The notes under the pieces were generated by a model. That model searched no databases, had not been told where the DNA came from, and was given only the letters and a program-made list of their open reading frames with translations. A stretch of DNA of 64,000 nucleotides from an uncultured bacterium (GTDB lineage Bacteria > Zhuqueibacterota > QNDG01 > DTFT01). Where the stretch lies: positions 1 to 64,000 of the forward strand of contig CAVTNR010000012.1 of NCBI GenBank assembly GCA_963736115.1, in the 5' to 3' direction. Positions 33,124 through 41,255 of the stretch are shown here, in pieces; position 1 is the first letter of the stretch, and each line of letters starts with the position of its first letter. The position numbers were made by a program, and so were the translations under genes.

Positions 33124-34758
33124 ATGCACGTTCTGTCCGCCCCAGTCGCCGTCATCGCCGGCGTCACGCTGTATGTTGCCTTGCACCACCTGTTCCTTTA
33201 TATCCGGCGGTCCGTCAAGAAACCCGAGGACCTGTCCTTCGCGGTGCTCTGCCTGACCCTTTTCCTGTACGACGCCTTCTGCATCGGAGCCTACAACAAT
33301 CATTCGCTTGAAACAGGAATGCTCTGGCAGCGGTGCCAGGTGGCCACTCTCTCGCTCATCGGGGCCGCCTTCGCGTGGTTCGTGTTCGATTACACCGGAA
33401 CCCGGAACAAGCGCCTGCGCAATTTTTTCTCCGTCTATTTCATCCTGGCCGCTCTGCTGGCCCTGTTCGACAACACCGGTCTCTCCTGGCAGACGGACAA
33501 GCCGGCCGTGAAGCACATCCCCCTTCCCATGGGCCTGGACATCACCTATTACGAAGTCACGCCCGGAATCATGACCACGCTCGTCAGCCTCATGGGCATC
33601 GCGGTTTTCATCTACGCCTTCCGGCTCGGCATCCGGCTCTACCGCCAGAACGAAAAAGGGAAAGCCCGTCCGCTGTTCTGGTCCGTGGCTTTATTTTGCG
33701 TCGGCCTGTGCAATGACGCGGCCGTCCAGTCCGGGCTGTACAAGTCGATCTACCTGATCGAATACACTTACATGGGCATCGTCATCATGATGGCCTATTT
33801 TCTCTCCAAAGAGATCATCCGGAGCGCCGAGATGAAAGAAGCCGTGCAGAAGGCCTATAACCAGCTGGTTGAAACCAGCTACCGCCTGTCCGGCAGTTCC
33901 CAGGATGTGCACTCGGTGACGAGCACCATCGACCAGGCGATGACCGAAATGTTCACCGAAACACAGAGGCAGAACGAACACATCCGGAATTCCCACAGGA
34001 CGATCAGCGACCTTCTCGCCAACATCCACGCGATCAGCCGGGAAGCCCAGCAGGGCGCATCCATCACGCAGAGCACGGCCAGGAGAATCACCGACAGTAT
34101 CGGCTCGCTGAAGGAGTCGTTCGATCGCATGAAAACGGCGGAGCAGTCGCTGACGGACATGCATACGACGATCGAGGCTTTCTCCGGACACTCGAAGAAG
34201 GTGGACGCGATTCTGGGACTCATCGACGATATCGCGTCGCGGATCAACGTCCTTTCACTCAATGTCGCCATCGAAGCATCGAAGGCGGGCGGCCGGGACG
34301 GCGGATCCATGGTCGTGGCGAATGAGATCCGTCAACTGGCCAAGAACACCCGGGCCCACACGGACGAAATCGCGGAATTGATCACGGGATTTCAGGAGGA
34401 CATCGTTCGCGTGCGGACCGCGATGCGGGAGGGGCTGGGGCAGTTTCAGGAGCTCGGCCAGACCACCGAGCGGAGCCGGTCCGGTCTCAACGACATCCTG
34501 CGCCTCACCGAGGAGGAGGAACAGCGGCTGCAGCGGATCTCCACGCGGATTCTGGACCTCCGCGCCTATTCCCAGCAGGTCGAGACCGAAATGGGAACCG
34601 TGGCCCATGCCAGCGAGCAGAACCTCAAGACCGCCGAACGCGTGAACACCGGCACCAAGGCGATGAGCGCCAGCATGCAGGAACTTTCGGTTCTCGCAGA
34701 CACGCTCCGCGAGACCGCCACCGCCGGCATCGGCGGCATGGCCGCGGATTCGGCGTAG
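33124..34758 (+). CDS. Methyl-accepting chemotaxis protein with a ~7-TM N-terminal sensor
   Basis: About seven hydrophobic helices, then IASRINVLSLNVAIEASKAG...VVANEIRQLA hairpin tip. Confidence 0.88.
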   Translation: MHVLSAPVAVIAGVTLYVALHHLFLYIRRSVKKPEDLSFAVLCLTLFLYDAFCIGAYNNHSLETGMLWQRCQVATLSLIGAAFAWFVFDYTGTRNKRLRNFFSVYFILAALLALFDNTGLSWQTDKPAVKHIPLPMGLDITYYEVTPGIMTTLVSLMGIAVFIYAFRLGIRLYRQNEKGKARPLFWSVALFCVGLCNDAAVQSGLYKSIYLIEYTYMGIVIMMAYFLSKEIIRSAEMKEAVQKAYNQLVETSYRLSGSSQDVHSVTSTIDQAMTEMFTETQRQNEHIRNSHRTISDLLANIHAISREAQQGASITQSTARRITDSIGSLKESFDRMKTAEQSLTDMHTTIEAFSGHSKKVDAILGLIDDIASRINVLSLNVAIEASKAGGRDGGSMVVANEIRQLAKNTRAHTDEIAELITGFQEDIVRVRTAMREGLGQFQELGQTTERSRSGLNDILRLTEEEEQRLQRISTRILDLRAYSQQVETEMGTVAHASEQNLKTAERVNTGTKAMSASMQELSVLADTLRETATAGIGGMAADSA

Positions 34759-34783
34759 TCCGGGCGCCGCTCAATCGGAAAGT

Positions 34784-34822
34784 CCGGCCCCGGGGTTCTT
34801 CGGCCCCGGGGCCATTTTTTTT
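34784..34822 (+). terminator. Rho-independent terminator
   Basis: GGCCCCGGGG-loop-CCCCGGGGCC followed by a T-run. Confidence 0.85.
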
Positions 34823-34917
34823 GCCCTTCGGTTCCGAGCATAGAATTAGAAACCCCATTTTTCCGGAAATCAATTATCCTTCTTCAGCCAACCCCGGGAT
34901 CAAACCGTAAAAACCCC

Positions 34918-34960
34918 TTGACCGGCGGTCCCTGAATTACTATCTTATTGGCATATGCCA
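34918..34960 (+). promoter_or_regulatory. Sigma70 promoter with palindromic operator over the start site
   Basis: TTGACC-N17-TATCTT followed by TGGCATATGCCA. Confidence 0.65.
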
Positions 34961-34979
34961 GAAACAGGAATGCCGGCGG

Positions 34980-35453
34980 ATGCCGAGACCGTGTAAACCG
35001 CGCCGGATCGGGGTTTTCCCCCGGATCACGGCCTTCCGTCCGGCCGACATCAGACCGGCGGACGGTGACGATTTCGTCCGACTCACGCTGGACGAATATG
35101 AGGCGCTGCGGCTGGCCGACCACCTGCATCTGTATCAGGAAGAAGCCGCCAGGCGCATGACCGTGTCCCGGCAGACCTTTGGATCCATCATCGCAAGCGC
35201 CCGCGGCAAGACGGCCGAGGCCCTGGTCCTGGGTAAAACCCTACGAATTGACCAGGGCGCCGCTGAAAGAGACAAGTGCCAGTTCCTCTGTTCCGACTGC
35301 GGGTCCGTCTGGAGTTCGGCATCCAGGGGAAAAGCATCATCCGGCTGTCCCGAATGCCGGGCCAGCCGGATGCAGCGGCACTCCCGAACCCAACAGGCCG
35401 GAGAGCGGCGGTGCCACCGTCGTTCCGGCGCATGCAGGAGGAAAACCGTATGA
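34980..35453 (+). CDS. DUF134 (UPF0251) HTH protein with C-terminal zinc ribbon
   Basis: MPRP.K.R; LTLDEYEALRLAD; QEEAA..M.VSRQTF; CSDC...CPEC. Confidence 0.9.
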   Translation: MPRPCKPRRIGVFPRITAFRPADIRPADGDDFVRLTLDEYEALRLADHLHLYQEEAARRMTVSRQTFGSIIASARGKTAEALVLGKTLRIDQGAAERDKCQFLCSDCGSVWSSASRGKASSGCPECRASRMQRHSRTQQAGERRCHRRSGACRRKTV

Positions 35454-35815
35454 CCATTACCATCCCCGTCACCGAGGACTCGGGCCTGTCCTCAAAAATA
35501 TCCGATCACTTCGGAAGCGCCCCGTTCTTCACAGTGGTCGACCTGGAATCGAACGCGGTCGCGTGCGTCCGCAATCCGAACGCGGAGCACGTTCACGGCC
35601 GTTGCATGCCGGTGGATTTTCTCATGGAAAAAGGGGTGAATGCCGTCGTGTGCCGGGGCATGGGTCGCGGAGCACTGTCCCGCCTGACCGAAGCGGGCAT
35701 TGCCTGTCACGTGACGGACGCCGAAACGGGTGAAAAAGCCCTGGAACTGTTCCGCTCCGGCCGCACCGCGGTCATGACCGGGGACTCGGCGTGCCACAGC
35801 CACGGATGCCACTAA
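35450..35815 (+). CDS. NifB/NifX-family (dinitrogenase FeMo-cofactor-like) protein
   Basis: ISDHFGSAPFF; VCRGMGRGA; His/Cys tail CHSHGCH; ATGA overlap. Confidence 0.88.
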   Translation: MTITIPVTEDSGLSSKISDHFGSAPFFTVVDLESNAVACVRNPNAEHVHGRCMPVDFLMEKGVNAVVCRGMGRGALSRLTEAGIACHVTDAETGEKALELFRSGRTAVMTGDSACHSHGCH

Positions 35816-35985
35816 ATGACTCCACCGCAATAGGCGGATCATTTGAAGAAAATTGGATGAAGGGCGCCGCCCGTCCCGCTTCGCGGGATCGATCAACAGA
35901 TGCGGATTTTTGAAGACTTCGCGGGATCAGGCTATTTTACTTTTAAAGTATTGAAGACAAGAAGTGGAAAATCAGACCCGGCGGA

Positions 35986-36054
35986 GCTGTCAGAAGCCCG
36001 CATCAACCGACTTTCAGGTGAAAGTTCTTAGATGGAAAGCGGGCTTCTGACAGC
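35986..36054. repeat. 16-bp perfect inverted repeat, MITE-like
   Basis: GCTGTCAGAAGCCCGC ... GCGGGCTTCTGACAGC. Confidence 0.6.
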
Positions 36055-36098
36055 CCGATTGAGGCGTCTTTAGAATCCGGAATTTATTCAGGCATGAT

Positions 36099-36133
36099 AA
36101 AAAAGGCTGGAGCCTCGGGGCTCCAGCCTTTTG
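36099..36133. terminator. Bidirectional terminator
   Basis: AAAAAAGGCTGGAGC-loop-GCTCCAGCCTTTT. Confidence 0.8.
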
Positions 36134-36188
36134 ATTTCATAGTCCGGACGAACCGGGCGGCCGCGGCCGCCGGCCGGGCGAGACCTTT

Positions 36189-37556
36189 CTACATGTCGAA
36201 CGGGAACCGGAAGGCCACCCGCGGCTGAATCCGCTCCTGCGGCTGATAGGCCTGCCGTTCGTTGTTCCACACGAAATTCCAGATATAATCCATGTACAGC
36301 ATCAGGTACGGTTTCATCTTATATCCCACTCCCACCCGTGCCACGCTCCTCGCATCCAGCGTTCGGATGTCCTTGAACGTGCCGATGCCCCGCTTGTCGT
36401 AAGCAGCTTCCAGAGACAGAACCGGGATGGTCGGGGACAGGCCGGCGCCGAGGTGCAGTGTGCCGCTGTTGCCGTACTTGTCCACTTTCTCGAACGACCC
36501 GACCGTGTGGATCAGCTTGAAGAAATTGAGGTCCAGCGCGCCGTACCAGGCGTTGCGCGACTCGGTCATCATGGAGAGCAGGTTGTTCTGGCTGATCAGA
36601 GTGTCGGACGGCGCCGCGGCCAGGCCTGCCGGTATCCCCGCGGGGTTGCCGCCGATGAGCGAAAAATAATCCTGCACTTCGTTCAGCGTGGTATGCCGGA
36701 GCATTTCGTAGAACGGCCCGAAATAGGGCGCGATGAATTCCTTGCCCATGAACCGCCGCTCCACGTTGAAGGACAGGCCCAGGAATCCCCACAGCGTGTT
36801 CAGGTCGGTCCTCAGCCCCAGCGTCTGGCCGGATCCGTAATCAACGATCTGGCCGTGGTCCGCATAAACCATGGTGGTCAGCGCCTGGGACTTCAAGAGC
36901 GGCAGTTCCACGTCCGCGCCCCACACCGAGACGCCGTCTTTGGTGGAACGGCGGCTGTCCGGATCGGTGTCCCGGGCCATGCTGGCGCCGAAAGCGAGGC
37001 GCTTGAGAATCGGAATCTCACTGTTCCAGAGAGGACGGACATACAGCCGGCCTCCGACCACGCCGAGCCGCTCGAGGCTGTTGGTCATCGATTCGAATCC
37101 CGCGACCCCCAGATCGAGATCGAACGAGAGTCCGGTTTTCCGGTCTTCGTAGGCAATCTGGTTGTTGTAGAAGTTGAGAAGGAAGCCGTGACCGATCCGC
37201 TCCACGTCCAGCGCGCCGACCCGGCCGTACACCGGATCGCCCTTGCGCCCGTACCGGGCGTAGCGGATGATCCTGAGCCAGTCCGTCTTGCCCGTACGCC
37301 GGTTTTCCCAGTCCTGGGAATAGAATCTGCCGTTGGAGGTGTTGTACAGCAGGTTCACGTTGAGCCCGATGCCGAACTTGCCGAGCGCGATGTCGGGCTG
37401 TAAATTGATGCTGTAAAAAGCCTGGTTGTCGATCCATGTCATGCCGACACCGCCGTCGAACGAACTCTGGTTGTCGGTCGGCGGAAAGGCCATGTACTGG
37501 CCCGCCGCGAACGCCGGCAGGAGCATCAGCAGAAGAAACTGCGCGCATTTTTTCAT
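36189..37556 (-). CDS. Exported, probably outer-membrane beta-barrel protein
   Basis: Signal peptide; alternating amphipathic strands; aromatic C-terminus AFRFPFDM; RBS AAGGAGG. Confidence 0.65.
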   Translation of the reverse strand: MKKCAQFLLLMLLPAFAAGQYMAFPPTDNQSSFDGGVGMTWIDNQAFYSINLQPDIALGKFGIGLNVNLLYNTSNGRFYSQDWENRRTGKTDWLRIIRYARYGRKGDPVYGRVGALDVERIGHGFLLNFYNNQIAYEDRKTGLSFDLDLGVAGFESMTNSLERLGVVGGRLYVRPLWNSEIPILKRLAFGASMARDTDPDSRRSTKDGVSVWGADVELPLLKSQALTTMVYADHGQIVDYGSGQTLGLRTDLNTLWGFLGLSFNVERRFMGKEFIAPYFGPFYEMLRHTTLNEVQDYFSLIGGNPAGIPAGLAAAPSDTLISQNNLLSMMTESRNAWYGALDLNFFKLIHTVGSFEKVDKYGNSGTLHLGAGLSPTIPVLSLEAAYDKRGIGTFKDIRTLDARSVARVGVGYKMKPYLMLYMDYIWNFVWNNERQAYQPQERIQPRVAFRFPFDM

Positions 37557-37620
37557 GAGCAATCCTCCTTACGGTTCGACGCGGGGAATCCGTCCCGTCG
37601 CGGGCAACGCTGAAAGTGTA

Positions 37621-38658
37621 CTAAAAATCGGGAGACTTGTCAAGCGAATAGTGCCCCGCCTCCGGTCCGTCCGGACGCGATGCAGGCCGCGGCTCGCCCG
37701 CGCGGTCGCGGAAGGCCTCGAGCCTGGTCCGGACGTCCTCCGGGTCGGTCCGTGTGAACGCCTCCTTCCGGAATTCGGCGGCCCCTGGCATGCCCCGGGT
37801 GTACCAGGCGATGTGCTTCCGCATTTCCCTGACTGCTTTGACTTCGGGGAGAAGCCGGAGCGCGGTACGGTAATGTTCCAGGCAGGCATCGATCCGGTCG
37901 CGGAAAGGCGGATCCTCAGCGGGCCGTCCCGTCTCCACGAGCGTCCGGACGGCCGAGAAGATCCACGGCCGGCCGAGTGCGCCGCGGCCGATCATCACCA
38001 GGTCGCAGCCGGTCTCGGTGAGCATGCGAAGGGCGTCCCCGGCCGAACCAATGTCCCCGTTGCCGATCACCGGGATCGAGACCGACTCCCGGACGGCCCG
38101 GATCACCGACCAGTCGGCCGTTCCACGGAACGCGGCCTGTCCGCTGCGGGCATGCAGGGTCACAGTCCGGATGCCGCAGGATTCGAGGATCTTTGCCGCT
38201 TCCACGGCGACCGGCTTCCCCTCCTCCCACCCGGTCCGAATCTTGGCGGACACGGGAAGTCGGACCGCCCGGACCACACCCTCAGCGATGCGCCCCATCC
38301 GGTCGAGATCGGTCATGACACCGACCCCGGCCCCACGGCGCACCACCTTCCGGGCCGGACAGCCGAAATTGAGGTCCAGGCAGTCGGGCTTGAGAGCTTC
38401 GGCTATCACCGCGGCCTCAGCCAGAACCGCAGGATCATGGCCGAACAGCTGAATCCCGAACGGTCGCTCTTCAGGGAGGAATTCCATGAGTCTGCGGGTT
38501 TTCCCGCTGTTTCGGACCAGGCCGTCCGCACTGACCAGTTCGGAAAACACCATGCCCGCGCCGCAGGCCCTGGCCATCAAACGGAATGAAGAGTCCGTGA
38601 TTCCGGCCATGGGCGCGAGCACTGCTTTCTCGGAAATATCCAAGTCGAAGATTCGCAT
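37621..38658 (-). CDS. dusB: tRNA-dihydrouridine synthase B
   Basis: LAPMAGITD; QLFG; LNFGCPARKV; KIRTGW; HARS; GNGDI; GRGALGRPW; MRKHIAWY. Confidence 0.93.
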   Translation of the reverse strand: MRIFDLDISEKAVLAPMAGITDSSFRLMARACGAGMVFSELVSADGLVRNSGKTRRLMEFLPEERPFGIQLFGHDPAVLAEAAVIAEALKPDCLDLNFGCPARKVVRRGAGVGVMTDLDRMGRIAEGVVRAVRLPVSAKIRTGWEEGKPVAVEAAKILESCGIRTVTLHARSGQAAFRGTADWSVIRAVRESVSIPVIGNGDIGSAGDALRMLTETGCDLVMIGRGALGRPWIFSAVRTLVETGRPAEDPPFRDRIDACLEHYRTALRLLPEVKAVREMRKHIAWYTRGMPGAAEFRKEAFTRTDPEDVRTRLEAFRDRAGEPRPASRPDGPEAGHYSLDKSPDF

Positions 38659-38780
38659 TCGACCGGTAATTTAGGCTTTCCAGCCTTGATAAACAAGGAC
38701 TTTCAGGCCTTTTCAAGCAGTACCGGAAAGGACCTTTGGACCCAAAAGCACGAAAAATAAAGCAATTATCTATAAAAGTG

Positions 38781-38809
38781 TTGCTTTTTTCCTCCGATTT
38801 TTGTATAAT
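38781..38809 (+). promoter_or_regulatory. Sigma70 promoter of rpmB
   Basis: TTGCTT-N17-TATAAT with extended -10 TG. Confidence 0.7.
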
Positions 38810-38867
38810 TTAGTTCGTTTTTCCGTTGTCACACTCGAACCTAGTCCATTAATGAGCAGGGGAATTT

Positions 38868-39056
38868 ATGTCACGCGTCTGTGAAATCTGCGGTAAAAAA
38901 CCCATGGCCGGACACCGGGTCAGCCACGCCCATAACCTGAAAAACCGCCGTTGGCTTCCCAATCTGCAGACGATCAACGTCCGTGTGGACGGAAAACCGA
39001 TGAAAAAGGTGGTCTGCACCGGCTGCATCCGAACCGGATCCGTCAAGAAGAAGTAA
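38868..39056 (+). CDS. rpmB: 50S ribosomal protein L28 (zinc-binding form)
   Basis: [22 protein letters not shown]...RRWLPNLQ...VCTGC. Confidence 0.97.
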   Translation: MSRVCEICGKKPMAGHRVSHAHNLKNRRWLPNLQTINVRVDGKPMKKVVCTGCIRTGSVKKK

Positions 39057-39162
39057 CGCCCGCAGGAGAGGACTCCGGCCTCTCCGAGGAATCCCGCCTC
39101 TTCACTTCCGCCGCATGCGTCCTTTCTTCGGACCCAGATCGATCCAACTCACGGAGGCTTCC

Positions 39163-40650
39163 ATGAACCGAAAAGCGATTGCCGCGTTTTCGACAGGGAT
39201 TCTTCTGTTCCTCGGACAGACGGATCTCCCGGCCCAGAACGTCCAATCAGAACTGTTCCGCGAAGCGGAAACGGCCAAAGCCGAGGCAACCGGTCTCGAT
39301 GCCGCCTTCCTGTCCCCCGGCCATTTCCAGACGGCCGCAGACTGGATGCGCAAGGCTGAAGCGGATTTCCAGACCGGAAAAAACATGGAGGATATTCAGA
39401 AGAAGCTGAAAATGGCCTCCGTGTACTGGCAGAAGTCGTCTGCGTCCGCGGCAGAGGCCCGGGTGATCTTTAAAGACGGTCTCAAGGCGAGAAGCGACGC
39501 CCGACTTGTCGAAGCGCCCGCGCTGCGGAAGACCCTCTGGGAGGAGGCGGAAACCACGCTGTCCCAGGCCTGCCGGAGCCTGGAGGAAGGCGATGCGAAC
39601 GGTGCCAGGAACAAGTCGCGCAAGGCCGAGCGCGCTTTTCGCCAGGCCGAGCTTGAGGCGATCAAGGCGAATTACCTGGATGCCACGCGCGAACTTCTGA
39701 AAAAAGCCGAGGCCAAGGATGTCCGGAAACGCGCGCCCCTGACCCTGGCCAGAGCCGCCGCGCTCGCGGACAAAGCCGAATCGCAGCTCATCGAAAACCG
39801 GTACGACACCGACGAGGCGCGCCAGCTCGCGCAGGAAGCGCACTACGAGGCAAAGCACGCCCTGTATCTGAACGACACCATTCTCAGCCTGGAGAAATCA
39901 AAGGCCACGGTGGAATCCATCCTGCTGGCCGCCGAAATCCCGGTTCGCAGGATCGCGGACGCCTTCGACCAGAACGCGCGTTTCGACGCCGGGTCCGGAG
40001 CGCCGGTGGCCGCCATATCGGGCGAGATCCGGAAACGGGAGCAGACCGCGGCGTCCCGTGAACAGGCCCTTGCGGAGAAAGCCGAGCAGATCGCCGCTTT
40101 ACAGAGCGAGACGGACCGTATGCGGAGCCGGCTCGGCGCCCTGCAGGACCGGGAAGCCGACCTCACGGAGAAAATGAGCCGGCTGCTCGAGGAACAGGCC
40201 GCGGCGCGCGAACGCCTGGAACGAGTGGAGAAGCTGTTCACGTCCGACGAAGCGACGATCATGCGGAGCGGGGACCAGGTCATCCTGCGGTTGACCCACA
40301 TCACATTCCCGGTCGGCAAGTCCGTCATTGAACCCGGATATTTCAGCCTGCTGACCAAGGTCACCGAGGCGTTCAGGGAATATCCGGATTCGCGGATTAC
40401 AGTCGAGGGCCACACGGATTCACGCGGCGGGGACGAAGCAAATCTCAAGCTGTCCACGGAGCGCGCCGAGGCCGTGCGGGAATACCTGCTCGCCACCGGT
40501 TCCGTGGACGCCTCCCGGCTGTTCGCGGCCGGATACGGGGAATCCAAACCCATCGCATCGAACGACACGGAGGAAGGCCGCAGGAAAAACCGCCGCATCG
40601 ACATCGTCATTGAAACCGGACACGGCCCCGACGGGGAAACCGCGCCATGA
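39163..40650 (+). CDS. OmpA-domain peptidoglycan-binding protein with helical/coiled-coil N-terminus
   Basis: VEGHTDSRG...NLKLSTERAEAV...GYGESKPIASNDTEEGRRKNRRIDI. Confidence 0.9.
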   Translation: MNRKAIAAFSTGILLFLGQTDLPAQNVQSELFREAETAKAEATGLDAAFLSPGHFQTAADWMRKAEADFQTGKNMEDIQKKLKMASVYWQKSSASAAEARVIFKDGLKARSDARLVEAPALRKTLWEEAETTLSQACRSLEEGDANGARNKSRKAERAFRQAELEAIKANYLDATRELLKKAEAKDVRKRAPLTLARAAALADKAESQLIENRYDTDEARQLAQEAHYEAKHALYLNDTILSLEKSKATVESILLAAEIPVRRIADAFDQNARFDAGSGAPVAAISGEIRKREQTAASREQALAEKAEQIAALQSETDRMRSRLGALQDREADLTEKMSRLLEEQAAARERLERVEKLFTSDEATIMRSGDQVILRLTHITFPVGKSVIEPGYFSLLTKVTEAFREYPDSRITVEGHTDSRGGDEANLKLSTERAEAVREYLLATGSVDASRLFAAGYGESKPIASNDTEEGRRKNRRIDIVIETGHGPDGETAP

Positions 40651-40913
40651 AAAAACCGGGGCATGTCATTGTCGGCATACACATTCGCGACCGGATCCGG
40701 AAGGTTCCGGATATGCAGAAAATTCTGTCGAAACACGGCTGCGTCATCAAGACGCGCATCGGCCTGCATGAAGTTTCTGAAAAATTCTGCGATCCGGCAG
40801 GCCTCATATTACTCGAATTGGCCGGAGAACGGAAAGTCATGGATGCGTTCATCAAGGAAGTGTCCGGACTCAAGGGCGTGGATGTCAAAAAGATGACGTT
40901 TCCGCACAGCTGA
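40647..40913 (+). CDS. Small ACT-like protein (TM1266 / iron-only hydrogenase regulator-like)
   Basis: QKILSKHGCVIKTRIGLHE...GLILLEL; ATGA overlap. Confidence 0.7.
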   Translation: MKKPGHVIVGIHIRDRIRKVPDMQKILSKHGCVIKTRIGLHEVSEKFCDPAGLILLELAGERKVMDAFIKEVSGLKGVDVKKMTFPHS

Positions 40914-40979
40914 CTCTGATCGCTCGCGCATTTCCCGCTGCGCGGGACAGGCGGCTGATCCATGTGATCTGTGAGGGGT

Positions 40980-41021
40980 GAAAAGGGGACGACGGCTGAA
41001 GCCGCCTGTCCCCTTTTCTTT
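40980..41021 (+). terminator. Rho-independent terminator
   Basis: GAAAAGGGGAC...GTCCCCTTTTCTTT. Confidence 0.7.
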
Positions 41022-41255
41022 TACGATCCTGGAAATGGGACGGTTTATTCTCAGCTTTCAACTCTTTGCCCTTTGCGTTTTACGCCATGGGTTTTTCAAC
41101 CCGGTCTCCTGACGCCATACCGCCGCCTTTCTCCCCGGCACTCGAATTGCAGCCTTTTTCCGGTATCGATCTGATTCCCATAAATACATGATTTTCAATC
41201 AGGATCGGCGGTTTCCAACACCCGGAAACGTCCATTTTTTCCCAGGAGGTCAGGC

